Part shown: one piece after another, positions 1 through 9,783 of the stretch | Position numbering within the stretch: the stretch's first letter is position 1 | How the letters are laid out: every line of letters begins with the position of its first letter | NCBI GenBank assembly: GCA_963716425.1 | Contig: OY970310.1 | Location: 1,110,769 to 1,174,768, forward strand | Source of the DNA: Candidatus Babeliales bacterium | Lineage (GTDB): Bacteria; Babelota; Babeliae; Babelales; JBFXEV01 | Direction: 5' to 3' | DNA length: 64,000 nt | Translations under genes and position numbers: made by a program | The notes under the pieces: model-generated | Databases searched by the model: none | What the model was told of the DNA's origin: nothing | The model's input: the letters and a program-made list of their open reading frames with translations, nothing else

Positions 1-1809
1 AATTCGTTTAAATTTCTTTTCAATATCATGGGTTGGTAATAGCCATCCCGTGGGTCTTCCATGCGCACAAATGAATCTATTTTCACATGCATATAATTCA
101 TCAAGTAAAGCATGCATCTTTTCTAGAGTGAGAATATCGCCAGCTTTTATTGCAGCTTTGCAGGCCATCTGAGCATGTAATTTTTCATTAATCTGTTCAT
201 GGAGTTGCTCTGTGGTTACATCATGAGCGGCATCTACCCAACTGAGTATTTCCTTAATCAGTTCCTTGAAGGGAATTTCTTTTGCATGCACTGGCGTGCT
301 GGTGATACGTAATTGAGTGGAGCCAAATTGTTCAATGCCAATGCCATGGGTACACAGCAGTTCAAGGTGGGGTGCAATGAGTGCCAAATCGTCCTGAGAC
401 ATATCAATCAGGTGCGGGAACAGCAATTCAATAGTAGGCACATTGCCAAAGCGTGATTTAAATCGCTCATATAAAACGCGCTCATGTGCTGCATGCTGAT
501 CAACAATAAAAAGGCCGTCCTCGTGTTCAAGGAGAATATAGGTGTTCGATAACTGGCCGATAATAGTAAAGTTGTGATGCGGGTTCGTTTTTGTTTGAAT
601 TTCAGTATACGATTCAGGGGTACCATAGACCGGGTTGTGAGAATACGGTGATCCATGTACAGTTTGGAGTGAACTTAATATTGGTCTGAATGGCGGCACC
701 GGCCTGAGTGGTTGTGGCGGGATAATCAGTGACGTATCGGGGCCATTAAACGGATCATCGGGCGGCAACGTGGTGCTGCGTGATGGAGCAAAGGTAATAG
801 TACGCGCAAGTTGTTTTGAAAGATGATTTTCTAATGTTGCTTTTACTGCGGTGGTGAGCAAACTTGCAACGCGGCGCGGATGCACAAAAGAGACTTCCTC
901 TTTGCGAGGATGCGTATTGATATCCACATCGCACGGGTCTACTGTGATTGAAATACACCCTGCAGGATAGCGACCTGAGGGTAAAACATTCAAGTAACCG
1001 TTGAGCATTGCGCTCATTAATTCTTTATTTTTGACCCAGCGATTATTCACAAACAAAAAGATAGTATTGCGATCATAGCGGAAATATTGGTGATGTGTAA
1101 TAGCTCCTGTCACAAGAATCCCTTTTTGCTCATGTGGCACAAGTGCAATGGTGGTAGTGGACATTGCTGCAGGTAGCAATTGAGCCACACGTTCAATCAG
1201 CGTTGCTACCGGCGGGCAATTAAAGAGCTGTTTGCCGTCGTGCCACAGTATAAAATGCATTGATAAAAAGCTGAGGCAAAACGCTTCAAATTGTTGTTCT
1301 ATTGCGCGCCACTCGGTCACTTCTTTTTTAAGAAATTTTTTGCGGGCAGGGACGTTGTAAAATAGTTCTTGTATGCAAATATCCGTGCCAGTGGTTGCAC
1401 TTACATTGGTAACCGTTGTTGTGCCATCGGTAATATACACTTTAGTGGCCAGTTCATCGGTTGCCAGTTTGGTGATCAGTGTTACTTTGCTTACCGCTGC
1501 AATGCAAGCAAGAGCTTCACCACGAAAGCCGAATGTAGAGATGGTAGAGAGTTGATCAATAGTGGAAAGTTTGCTGGTTGCATGTCGGTCAAAACATTTT
1601 AGCGCATCGTCTGGTGACATGCCACACCCATTATCAATAACACGTATAAGGTGCGTGCCACCTTGTTCAATAAAGAGCTCAATGCGTGAAGCTTTAGCAT
1701 CAATGCTATTTTCTACAAGCTCTTTTACAATATTTGCGGGTCGTTCTACCACCTGGCCTGCAGCAATTTGATTGGCTTGCTCTGGTGGTAATTGTTTTAT
1801 TATGTTCAT
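1..1809 (-). CDS. mutL: DNA mismatch repair protein MutL (C-terminal few codons run off the left edge)
   Basis: Absent from the ORF track because it is edge-truncated. Manual minus-strand translation from the ATG at 1809 gives MNIIKQLPPEQANQIAAGQVVERPANIVKELVENSIDAKASRIEL, a GHKL ATPase N-terminus. DQHAAHER lies at approx 478-501 and FICAHGRPTGWLL at approx 40-78. The frame is still open at base 1. Confidence 0.9.
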   Translation of the reverse strand, partial: MNIIKQLPPEQANQIAAGQVVERPANIVKELVENSIDAKASRIELFIEQGGTHLIRVIDNGCGMSPDDALKCFDRHATSKLSTIDQLSTISTFGFRGEALACIAAVSKVTLITKLATDELATKVYITDGTTTVTNVSATTGTDICIQELFYNVPARKKFLKKEVTEWRAIEQQFEAFCLSFLSMHFILWHDGKQLFNCPPVATLIERVAQLLPAAMSTTTIALVPHEQKGILVTGAITHHQYFRYDRNTIFLFVNNRWVKNKELMSAMLNGYLNVLPSGRYPAGCISITVDPCDVDINTHPRKEEVSFVHPRRVASLLTTAVKATLENHLSKQLARTITFAPSRSTTLPPDDPFNGPDTSLIIPPQPLRPVPPFRPILSSLQTVHGSPYSHNPVYGTPESYTEIQTKTNPHHNFTIIGQLSNTYILLEHEDGLFIVDQHAAHERVLYERFKSRFGNVPTIELLFPHLIDMSQDDLALIAPHLELLCTHGIGIEQFGSTQLRITSTPVHAKEIPFKELIKEILSWVDAAHDVTTEQLHEQINEKLHAQMACKAAIKAGDILTLEKMHALLDELYACENRFICAHGRPTGWLLPTHDIEKKFKRI

Positions 1810-1829
1810 AACAAACAGGATACTCAATA

Positions 1830-2372
1830 TTACAGTGATTGCAATTGTGCAGTAAGGGTAAAGCGTGAGTGCGTTACCTGTTGAGCACTCTCAGGTTGCA
1901 AACTTGCAAGCTCTAGAGTACCAAAAATACGTGATCTGCGCAGAGCTTCTATAAATTGTTGCAATGAATGCGAGGATTCAGTGTAGCCAGAAAGTTGTAT
2001 ATTCTTTTTTTTGTGTAAGTCCGCAATAAATAAGCAGGTATCATCAGGAATGGTGGTTGCAATGGTGCGCAAATAGACTGCAGGTTTAAAACTTTTTTCA
2101 GCTTGTGCGCTTAAAGATGCTTCTTGCCCCTTAAGTTGTTCATGAGTGGCGGTAAGTTGTTTAATGCGTTCGCTTGCTAGATTAATGTGTTCGGTAACTT
2201 GTTTGAGTTCTTGAGCGCTCGCATCTGCAGTTTTGATCTGATAAAACTGATATGCATTGGTGAGCAAAAAGAGTACAGAAAGTGCTGCTGCCATGTTCAT
2301 GGTGATGCGATACCAATAGTATACAGCTTGTTGTTTTTCAGGTGGTGGTGTGTTGATAAAGTTAATGGTCAT
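1830..2372 (-). CDS. hypothetical membrane protein with PilN-like layout (type IV pilus assembly?)
   Basis: 180 aa. N-terminal INFINTPPPEK is followed by one TM helix (NMAAALSVLFLLTNAYQFYQI), a coiled-coil stretch and an alpha/beta tail. This resembles the PilN INLLP-TM-coiled-coil architecture, judged by eye only. Confidence 0.4.
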   Translation of the reverse strand: MTINFINTPPPEKQQAVYYWYRITMNMAAALSVLFLLTNAYQFYQIKTADASAQELKQVTEHINLASERIKQLTATHEQLKGQEASLSAQAEKSFKPAVYLRTIATTIPDDTCLFIADLHKKKNIQLSGYTESSHSLQQFIEALRRSRIFGTLELASLQPESAQQVTHSRFTLTAQLQSL

Positions 2373-2374
2373 AG

Positions 2375-2836
2375 TTAGTTCCTTGCCATGCTATAACATC
2401 CAATGCTACACAAAAGATCATCATATGCAACAGCATTATTCTGTAACAGAGGAATTTTTGCCCCTTCGCTGAGTGCATGCTGTTGTGCCAAGGTATACGT
2501 AGTAATACCTGCACAATGAAATGGTGTATTGATTGCAAGGAGTTGGCAGGCAAGCAGCTGATGTGCTGGAATATCATCTTTTTGGTGTAACATATCTGGT
2601 CTGAGTGCGATTGTTACAAATGCATGCGGTATCTTATGCTCGTTTAAAAATGAACGAATCGTCTGTTCAATCAGTATTGGTTGCGCAAAGGTGATTGGGG
2701 TGGGCATATGCGCTTTGCTATAAGCCTTAATATTGAACATGCCTTTATTGTGATGAAGCCAGATGCATTGTATACATTGTGTACCAAGAATCACGTTTAT
2801 AATTTGATTGGTGCATGGTGCAATAGGCAATACCAT
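2375..2836 (-). CDS. hypothetical protein
   Basis: 153-aa ORF packed exactly between prmC (ends 2837) and the PilN-like ORF (starts 2372). No recognisable motif. Confidence 0.45.
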   Translation of the reverse strand: MVLPIAPCTNQIINVILGTQCIQCIWLHHNKGMFNIKAYSKAHMPTPITFAQPILIEQTIRSFLNEHKIPHAFVTIALRPDMLHQKDDIPAHQLLACQLLAINTPFHCAGITTYTLAQQHALSEGAKIPLLQNNAVAYDDLLCSIGCYSMARN

Positions 2837-3724
2837 TTAAAATCTTCCCCATACCACACGATCTTTACCTTCAAGATCTTTTTGTATATCCACATGATGG
2901 AATCCCGCTTGCTTCATAAGTTCTTGGACTGCAGGTCCTTGCTTGTAACCAATTTCAATAACAAGGCGAGGCAAATGGCGCATATGGAGTTCAGAATCGG
3001 GATTCAAATGTGCGCTTGCTCTTCTAATAATACGTTCAATGATTGCAAGACCTTCGTGTATCGCAATAAGCGCATGGGGGTTTTCCCATTGAGTCACTGA
3101 TGGATCAAGAGTTTTCCATTCTTCTTGAGTAACGTAGGGTGGATTGCTTACAATAAGATCAAAGGTATCATGGGCTCCTAGATTGTCATATACATCGGAT
3201 TCAAGGAATGCAATATTATTAATATGATTGTGATGTGCATTGGTGCACGCAAGATCAAGTGCCTGTGGATCTACATCAAGTGCGGTTACCATTGCATTGG
3301 GTAATGCTTTTGCAAGTGCCAGTGCGATACAGCCCGATCCTGTACCAATATCCAAAATAGATAGATGTTGGTTTTTCAATGGGGTAAGCATATCAATAAG
3401 TTTGTATACGAGTTCTTCAGTTTCTGGTCGGGGAATGAGGATGGGCGGTTGTACAATGATATCAAGATCTGCAAAAGGGACTGTGCCCAAAATATATTGC
3501 AGTGGTTTATGATGCATTGTCAATTGTGCAATCCAAGCATCAAGTTGCTTTTGTTGTTGAGGTGATAGTTCAACCTCTTGTTGAGCTATTAACTTTGCTT
3601 GGGGCAATTTAGTAAGCGCTTCAACAAGCCACCATGCAGTTTGTTGCATGAGAATGGGGTCACGATATTCAGAATGTAGTTGTTTGGTGATCTCATCAAT
3701 AAGTGTGTTTATGTTTTGCTTCAT
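2837..3724 (-). CDS. prmC: release factor glutamine N5-methyltransferase PrmC/HemK
   Basis: 295 aa. SAM motif ILDIGTGSGCIALALA and catalytic IVSNPPYV (NPPY). Confidence 0.9.
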   Translation of the reverse strand: MKQNINTLIDEITKQLHSEYRDPILMQQTAWWLVEALTKLPQAKLIAQQEVELSPQQQKQLDAWIAQLTMHHKPLQYILGTVPFADLDIIVQPPILIPRPETEELVYKLIDMLTPLKNQHLSILDIGTGSGCIALALAKALPNAMVTALDVDPQALDLACTNAHHNHINNIAFLESDVYDNLGAHDTFDLIVSNPPYVTQEEWKTLDPSVTQWENPHALIAIHEGLAIIERIIRRASAHLNPDSELHMRHLPRLVIEIGYKQGPAVQELMKQAGFHHVDIQKDLEGKDRVVWGRF

Positions 3725-3887
3725 GTTTGTATCCTCCAGGATAAAAGGGTGCCCTTTTTATTGCAAGTGTACTGATAATACGCACAAAAGTGAATTGTTT
3801 TGTAAGAAACCGTTGGAAAAAATATATAAATACGGTACAGTATGGATAGTTTGTAATTATTTATTATGCTTAACTTAAGGGTTTTTT

Positions 3888-4448
3888 ATGTATATGAGAA
3901 AGTTTTTTGTACTGTTTGTGCTCGGTGCATGTATGCGATTGAGTGCTATGGACCAAGGGAGTGTAGTGGTTGCGGTGCAACAGATGCCTCAGCAAGAAAA
4001 ATTTGTACAAGGCGTAGTTATGCAGGTGTATCCTGGATTCATTACCGGGACATGTATTGTCCAGCAAAAATCACGCTCAGAAATAGCACTACATGAAGCA
4101 GCGCTATCTTTAATAACACAGCAGTGTAAAGCGATTAATCTTATTCCAGTCAAGGATATGGGATTATGGCATATGACACTTCCACATCCAGTTTCTTTGG
4201 AACACATAAAAAAATTGTGTGCAGCTTTGCCTGGACTTGAAACAGTACATGATGTAAAGGATTATGCTGATGATAAAACGGGTCTAAAAGAAGCTATTTT
4301 TGAAACTCGTTTGCAACAACTTGATGAGAATGAAAGGGAGCTCAAGGCCCAAAAACGACGAGATGAAAAGTTAGTTCGTTTGGTTACATTAAAAAAGCTT
4401 TCAAAAGGCCACGGAGCGTTGCCTAAAGAAGATTTAGTTGCCAAGTAG
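3888..4448 (+). CDS. hypothetical secreted protein
   Basis: 186 aa. N-terminal leader MYMRKFFVLFVLGACMRLSAMD. Charged coiled-coil C-terminus. No family recognised. Confidence 0.55.
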   Translation: MYMRKFFVLFVLGACMRLSAMDQGSVVVAVQQMPQQEKFVQGVVMQVYPGFITGTCIVQQKSRSEIALHEAALSLITQQCKAINLIPVKDMGLWHMTLPHPVSLEHIKKLCAALPGLETVHDVKDYADDKTGLKEAIFETRLQQLDENERELKAQKRRDEKLVRLVTLKKLSKGHGALPKEDLVAK

Positions 4449-5321
4449 TTGTTCTACATATTCTTGTTTATTAAATGGTTTCATTTGCTCCACCTGTTCA
4501 CCATATGAAATATACTGCACAGGAATACCCAGCTCTTGGGTGATGGCAAATACTATGCCACCTTTACCTGTGCCATCCATTTTTGTGAGCACCAGGCCAT
4601 TAAGCTTGGTGCTTTCATTAAATAGCTTTGCTTGATCAAATGAATTTTGCCCGAGCATAGCATCCACTGTAAGGAGGGTGCACACTGTTTGATTTGGCAA
4701 CTGTTTTTCTATCACCTTTTTTATCTTCTCAAGTTCTTTCATTAAATTTATTTTTGTTTGCAACCGGCCTGCAGTGTCAATGATAAGGACGTCAAAGCCT
4801 TCTTGTTTAAAACGTGTGCATCCTGCAAAGATAACGGAGGCAGGATCTTGTTCAGGCGTTCCTATAACGATGGGCACATCAATTTTTTGGGCCCAAACGG
4901 ATAATTGTTCAACTGCTGCTGCACGGAACGTGTCTCCCGCCACAAGTAATACTCTTTTGCCTTCAGCTTTTAATTTAGAGGCCAATTTGGCAGCGCAAGT
5001 TGTTTTACCACTCCCATTAATGCCCACAAGCATATATATGGAGCAAGCTTTTGTGCTTGGTTCTTTGAGGATCTCAAGGAGTTGCTCTTTGACCGCTTGG
5101 TGTAAGTCAGCTCCTTCTTTGATTTTGCCTTGTTGCCATGCGGTGGTGACGCTTTTTAAGATTGTTCGGGTGGTGATCACACCAGCATCTGCTTGAATGA
5201 GGATCTTTTCCAGCTCGCAAAGCGCTTCTTGGTCAATAGTTTTTTTGGAAAAAAGAGAATTGAATTTCGCGGTGACTTGGGTGAATACTTTGGTGAGTTT
5301 GTCTTTGATAAAACCGAACAT
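4434..5321 (-). CDS. ftsY: signal recognition particle receptor FtsY (NG domain only)
   Basis: 295 aa. SRP GTPase motifs GINGSGKTTCAAKLA, DTAGRLQ and TKMDGTGKGG. Confidence 0.92.
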   Translation of the reverse strand: MFGFIKDKLTKVFTQVTAKFNSLFSKKTIDQEALCELEKILIQADAGVITTRTILKSVTTAWQQGKIKEGADLHQAVKEQLLEILKEPSTKACSIYMLVGINGSGKTTCAAKLASKLKAEGKRVLLVAGDTFRAAAVEQLSVWAQKIDVPIVIGTPEQDPASVIFAGCTRFKQEGFDVLIIDTAGRLQTKINLMKELEKIKKVIEKQLPNQTVCTLLTVDAMLGQNSFDQAKLFNESTKLNGLVLTKMDGTGKGGIVFAITQELGIPVQYISYGEQVEQMKPFNKQEYVEQLLGN

Positions 5322-5490
5322 GGTGTGTCCTCAAGGTGTTTTAGGTTTGGCTTAGCCTTAGTATAGCATGTTTTTGGCGAAGTTTAATAAATTGTCACGG
5401 GTGTGAAAAGGCATATAAATGCTTGAAAAATCGCATTGAGTCTATATTCTGAGATATAGCATATTGTTTTTTACTTATATGGAGTTGTTT

Positions 5491-5865
5491 ATGCAACAGT
5501 TTTTTAAAAAAATAGTATTGATAGTGCTCCTAGCAGGTTTTCAGGGAAGTTTTGCGAGTGAGCATCAAAGCGACCCAGAGTTAAACGCAGCAAAGTATGA
5601 TGTTTTCATGAAAAGTCTGATGTATAAAAGCGGGCAAGACGTATATTATAGGTTTGTGAATTGTGTGGAAGTAGAGCTAATTTACAGGCAGGCCAATATG
5701 TTTGGTATTGCTCGCAAAGAGATCGCAGATCTTGCAAGAAATGCTGCAGTTGAATTGCATGATAAATTAAAAAAATCTAATAGAGATTGGACAGATGAAG
5801 AGATTCAAGCATTAGCGAATGCGATTAAGATTCGCTATCTCGTTTTATATTGTTCAAATAGATAA
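5491..5865 (+). CDS. hypothetical secreted protein
   Basis: ATG at 5491 is preceded by GGAG (tatatGGAGttgtttATG). Leader MQQFFKKIVLIVLLAGFQGSFA. The longer track ORF from 5464 uses an upstream alternative start. Confidence 0.55.
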   Translation: MQQFFKKIVLIVLLAGFQGSFASEHQSDPELNAAKYDVFMKSLMYKSGQDVYYRFVNCVEVELIYRQANMFGIARKEIADLARNAAVELHDKLKKSNRDWTDEEIQALANAIKIRYLVLYCSNR

Positions 5866-5885
5866 ATTTTTAGCAATAATATTAT

Positions 5886-5922
5886 AGCTGCAAGAGGGAC
5901 GATTCTTTTTTGCAGCTTTTTT
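5886..5922 (+). terminator. Rho-independent terminator candidate
   Basis: AGCTGCAA..(loop)..TTGCAGCT stem followed by TTTTTT, about 20 nt after the stop at 5865. Confidence 0.55.
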
Positions 5923-5942
5923 ATGCTTAAGGCACAATATAT

Positions 5943-6710
5943 TCACATGGGGAGATTAAGTTTTTGTAATTCTCGTTTAAAAGAATGTATATCTTTATAC
6001 AGTATACTTCTGATACCAAGTTCTTGAGCGCTGGCGATATTTTCTTGTTGATCATCAATAAACAGACAGGTGTGTGGTACCAAGTTATGGGTTTTCAACA
6101 CGTAGTTATAAATATCATGCCCGGGTTTCATCATGCCAACCTCTGCCGAAATTACTGAATCTTTAAACAAAGCAAATATTTCCCGGTAGTTGGTGCGTAA
6201 ATGTTCATACGTACCCATATCAAGATTAGAGAGGATATAGCTTGTTGCTATCCCTTTTTGCTGTATATTTCTGATGATGTTAATTAAAGCATAATTTGGT
6301 TGCATGATAGACGTTTTTGTTTTGCAATCAACAAGAATATCTGCAAATCTCTTCATTATGTTTATTTCTAGTTTACTGTTAATAGAGCCATCTTCAATTA
6401 ATTCATGCACTTGAGCGGATAACTGCCTTTGCGCTTCTTCAGGGCTTATAAGGCCTAAATGAGAAGCTGCAATGCATGAGGGTTGTTGGTACCCTTTGTA
6501 GCACAAAATGGGCAACGCATTATTTTTTTCACGTTTGGCGATAACGTCCTGAAGAATAAGAACTTGTTTAAAAGGGTTTTTAAAATGAGTAAGGGCATAC
6601 AATGCTACGTTCTTTAGCCCTAACAATCGCAATGCTTTGCGCTGATCTATAAGAAATAATACGCCGGTCAAATCGAGAATGAGCGTATTGATATTGTTTT
6701 GGTTAGTCAT
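5943..6710 (-). CDS. HAD-superfamily hydrolase
   Basis: 255 aa. N-terminal LILDLTGVLF (motif I-like) and C-terminal CLFIDDQQENIASAQELGI (motif IV-like). Confidence 0.7.
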   Translation of the reverse strand: MTNQNNINTLILDLTGVLFLIDQRKALRLLGLKNVALYALTHFKNPFKQVLILQDVIAKREKNNALPILCYKGYQQPSCIAASHLGLISPEEAQRQLSAQVHELIEDGSINSKLEINIMKRFADILVDCKTKTSIMQPNYALINIIRNIQQKGIATSYILSNLDMGTYEHLRTNYREIFALFKDSVISAEVGMMKPGHDIYNYVLKTHNLVPHTCLFIDDQQENIASAQELGIRSILYKDIHSFKRELQKLNLPM

Positions 6711-7338
6711 GCATCAACTCTTTATGATTAGTTTGAAAAATAATTGGCTGTGCGCGTTGCAAGAATAATTTGAGGCGACGGTAATCGTTGCCAGAAAGAA
6801 GTGAAATAGTTTCAACGATGGCGCTTACCCGTTCGGGAGTGAGAATGCCAAGTGCTGCCTGCTGTTCTAATAATGCCAAAAGGAGTTCGTCCATGTAAAG
6901 AATTTGGTGAGAGAGGCCAAAAAGAACATGAAGGTACTGAGGGTTGGCTAAAAATTGTTTGCTTATATCAACGGCAGCAGGTTGCACAAACGCGTGAATC
7001 TTGGGTGGCTGCGGTGGTAATTGATACCGGACGCGCGCTTTATCAAGATAGCCAAGAGGGATACACGTGAACGTAGTTTTTAAGAATGCAAAAATTTGTG
7101 GCTGCTCTGCATGTAATTCTTCTTCAGTCTTTTGATAGGGTATGGGCGAGCGTGAAGCATCAGAAGATCCTGTTTGTATGCTGTTTACAATGGCCACCAG
7201 CGTAGTTTGTTGGTGAGAGAGGGTAACCAGATGGCCAAATGAGGGAATTACATTCCAATGCCAGCTTTGGGCAATCCAGCAAGAAAGTGAACTTTCAATT
7301 ATTTCAGCAAATGGTTTGTTGCTCGTGAGAGTCTGCAT
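6703..7338 (-). CDS. hypothetical protein (start uncertain, 7338 or 7455)
   Basis: The track ORF 6703..7455 overlaps rnhB by about 150 nt. The internal Met (MQTLTSNKPF) at 7338 reduces the overlap. No motif recognised. Confidence 0.45.
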   Translation of the reverse strand: MQTLTSNKPFAEIIESSLSCWIAQSWHWNVIPSFGHLVTLSHQQTTLVAIVNSIQTGSSDASRSPIPYQKTEEELHAEQPQIFAFLKTTFTCIPLGYLDKARVRYQLPPQPPKIHAFVQPAAVDISKQFLANPQYLHVLFGLSHQILYMDELLLALLEQQAALGILTPERVSAIVETISLLSGNDYRRLKLFLQRAQPIIFQTNHKELMHD

Positions 7339-7990
7339 CTTTGCCACAGGGAGTCCTTGATAAATAGGTTGTGCGGTGAATAAATGATTTTCCAAGCGTC
7401 CAAATGGCCTGTTTGTGCTTTTTGGTGCTATATCCCTTGTGATCATCAAGTCCATAACCAGGTATAAGGGTATTGTAATGGGTGATCAGGGCATCCCGGT
7501 ATACTTTGGCAAGAATTGAGGCTGCAGCAATGGATATTGATTTGCTTTCACCTTTTGCAAAATAGGCAACAGGAATGTCCCCATAGCCGGTGGTAGTAAG
7601 CTTTAGGGGCATGGCATCAACTAAAATATGAGAAGGTCGTGCTTTTGAGAGGGCACAAACCTGGAGTACTGCCCGCTTCATAGCAATGAGGGTGGTCCTG
7701 TAAATATTATGAGTATCAATCAGGCGATGGTGCAGAGGGACTACGCTATAAATACAATTTTTCTTTATCCAGCGATCAGCAAGCAGTAATTCTTTTTGAG
7801 AAAGTTCTTTGGAGTCCTTTAAAAGCCGATATGACGGGTTTGGAGGCAAAATCACACAGCCTACTACCAAAGGGCCTGCCAGGCACCCCCTACCCACCTC
7901 ATCTAACCCGCAAATCAGCTGATTCTGGCTCCAGGAGGCCTTTTCAAAGCTGTTTTTTAAAAAATTTGGCAGATATTTGACGGTAGTCAT
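7304..7990 (-). CDS. rnhB: ribonuclease HII
   Basis: 228 aa. Catalytic-site motif GLDEVGRGCLAGPLVV and a conserved DSK segment. Confidence 0.9.
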   Translation of the reverse strand: MTTVKYLPNFLKNSFEKASWSQNQLICGLDEVGRGCLAGPLVVGCVILPPNPSYRLLKDSKELSQKELLLADRWIKKNCIYSVVPLHHRLIDTHNIYRTTLIAMKRAVLQVCALSKARPSHILVDAMPLKLTTTGYGDIPVAYFAKGESKSISIAAASILAKVYRDALITHYNTLIPGYGLDDHKGYSTKKHKQAIWTLGKSFIHRTTYLSRTPCGKDADSHEQQTIC

Positions 7991-8097
7991 TATTTAATTT
8001 TCCATTTGACAAGTTCTTAAGTTATCAGTACTATTAGAATATAAAGCTGTGTTAATCTGTACTATACCATACAATACTTTACCAGGAGGAACTGGCT

Positions 8098-8772
8098 ATG
8101 TCATCTTCTACAGAGTTACGTGTAAAAGAATTACTACGTGAAAAGGGTTGGACTACCAAGATATTGGCTGAAAAAACAGGCATGTCTGAGAGTTATTTAA
8201 CCCATATAAAAAATGGCACGCGACGCTGGAACGAAGATTCTTTGCGAAAACTTGCCAATGCTTTTGAATTAAGCCCTATTGAACTATTTGCTCAACGCCG
8301 TGGTCGCACTGATAACGTGGAGAGCAATGTGAGCCTGCCTGAATCAACGGAAGTTGATCTAAAGGTTCAAGTTGTACCAATTGTGGGCGAAATCCCTGCA
8401 AATCCATCACCTTATAATAACCAGCTCGCGCAAGTGACATCTGGCCATAAGGACGAATTTGTACCAGTGTTGAATGCTAATGATTCTGCTATGTTTGCAT
8501 TATCAATCAATGATAACCAGATGTCTCCTACTTTTGTGAAGGGTGATATTCTTATCATTTCTCCAGAAGTATGGACTCGTTCTGGCGACATTGCAGCAAT
8601 TGAATTTGGCAATGAAACCCCGGTTCGCGGTATTATGCAGGTTACATTTACTGAAGATTTTGTGGTTCTGGAATCAGTAAACCATAAGCAAGCGCCTATT
8701 GCGCTCGTTCGTGGTAAAGACCATTTCAGAATTATTGGTAGGGTGGTGCAACGTCAACAAAAGATGACGTAA
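8098..8772 (+). CDS. XRE-family HTH regulator fused to an S24 (LexA/CI-like) C-terminal domain
   Basis: N-terminal HTH LLREKGWTTKILAEKTGMSESYLTHIKNG. C-terminal S24-like block NQMSPTFVKGDILIISPE ... FRIIGRVV. Confidence 0.75.
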   Translation: MSSSTELRVKELLREKGWTTKILAEKTGMSESYLTHIKNGTRRWNEDSLRKLANAFELSPIELFAQRRGRTDNVESNVSLPESTEVDLKVQVVPIVGEIPANPSPYNNQLAQVTSGHKDEFVPVLNANDSAMFALSINDNQMSPTFVKGDILIISPEVWTRSGDIAAIEFGNETPVRGIMQVTFTEDFVVLESVNHKQAPIALVRGKDHFRIIGRVVQRQQKMT

Positions 8773-8946
8773 CCATCAACCTACCTATAGAATTTATACC
8801 GGAAAGATTCGCAATTTAGCGCCTTTCTGGTATACTTTTTTAATATATTGTACTAAATAAGGCAGATGGACTGCCTTATAGTGCATACCCCATGGTAGAG
8901 ATATCTGGGGTTGTATCATTTCCACTTAGTACCAAGGGTTAACCTA

Positions 8947-9414
8947 ATGCAACGTTATGAAGTTCTTATACTTGCTATTCCTGAGATTACCTCAGATGAA
9001 ACTGCTACTTTAGAAAAAGAGTTTCAAAAAGCAGTACAGCAAGTTGGTGGTTCAGTAATTTCTTATGAACGATGGGGTAAATTGCGTCTTGCATATCCTA
9101 TCAAAAGAAATGACTATGGCATCTACTTTTTGAGTCGTTTTGAAGTCTCTGATGCTCAAAAGCATCCTTTGATTGAAACTCTTAAAGCATTATTCGCAGT
9201 GAAATATAATCACCTTGTAGCTCGTTATATGGTATGTAAGCTTGATCCACAAGCTTCACTTGAATATCAACGCCCTGATTCAGTAGAAGATGTGCCAACA
9301 CGTGATGTTGGTCAATTCTTACGTGATAACAAAATGGAAGGCTTGCTTTCTCCAGGTATGTCACGAGAAGAAGCTGCACATGGTGAAGATCAAAACGAAT
9401 ATAACGCTTATTAA
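8947..9414 (+). CDS. rpsF: 30S ribosomal protein S6
   Basis: [18 protein letters not shown]...[22 protein letters not shown] is the typical S6 core, with an acidic C-terminal tail. ATG at 8947 chosen over the upstream alternative start at 8911. Confidence 0.9.
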   Translation: MQRYEVLILAIPEITSDETATLEKEFQKAVQQVGGSVISYERWGKLRLAYPIKRNDYGIYFLSRFEVSDAQKHPLIETLKALFAVKYNHLVARYMVCKLDPQASLEYQRPDSVEDVPTRDVGQFLRDNKMEGLLSPGMSREEAAHGEDQNEYNAY

Positions 9415-9425
9415 GGAATAGTTTC

Positions 9426-9713
9426 ATGGTTAAAAAAGCAAAACTTAAAATTAGTGCACGTTTAATACGTAAAAAATCTCGCCGTAAAACATTTTCGCCA
9501 CCTAAAAATTGTCGTTTTTGTGGTAGCGTAGAAAAAGCAGGAACAATTGACTATAAAAATGTTGGTTTGCTCCGTGCGTTCTTGACTGAGCGTGGTAAAA
9601 TATTACCATCACGCATTTCAGGTAACTGTTGCTTCCATCAACGCCAATTATCTGGTGCTATTCGTCAATCGCGAACTATGGCATTGATTGCATACTGTGC
9701 ACCACGATATTAA
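9426..9713 (+). CDS. rpsR: 30S ribosomal protein S18
   Basis: 95 aa. [60 protein letters not shown]. Confidence 0.92.
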   Translation: MVKKAKLKISARLIRKKSRRKTFSPPKNCRFCGSVEKAGTIDYKNVGLLRAFLTERGKILPSRISGNCCFHQRQLSGAIRQSRTMALIAYCAPRY

Positions 9714-9736
9714 GATATTAAATAGAAACAACAAGA

Positions 9737-9763
9737 AAGCCTGCAATGATGCGGGCTTCTTTT
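9737..9763 (+). terminator. terminator candidate after rpsR
   Basis: AAGCCTGC-aatgat-GCGGGCTT stem (one G-U pair) followed by CTTTT. Confidence 0.45.
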
Positions 9764-9783
9764 ACCTTATTTTCGGATGATAA

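Noticed and set aside
1369-1771. Three plus-strand ORFs (60-77 aa) inside the mutL region
   Set aside because: They are antisense to a clearly conserved MutL reading frame. Their composition is low-complexity or Cys-rich, typical of shadow ORFs.
6703-7455. Long form of the hypothetical ORF overlapping rnhB by about 150 nt
   Set aside because: The extensive overlap with the conserved 3' end of rnhB is unlikely. An internal Met at 7338 gives a more conventional arrangement. The function remains unknown either way.
8098-8772. HTH/S24 repressor as a marker of a prophage
   Set aside because: The neighbours are rnhB and rpsF-rpsR-typA. No integrase, capsid, terminase or att-like repeats are seen.
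8857-8879. Perfect hairpin (ATAAGGCAG-atgga-CTGCCTTAT) upstream of rpsF as a possible S6:S18-binding leader
   Set aside because: I cannot establish similarity to the known rpsF leader structure by eye. It could equally be the terminator region of the upstream regulator gene.
8947-9713. rpsF directly followed by rpsR without an intervening ssb gene
   Set aside because: Gene order varies among phyla. It is noted as a lineage trait only, not an anomaly I can evaluate from one window.
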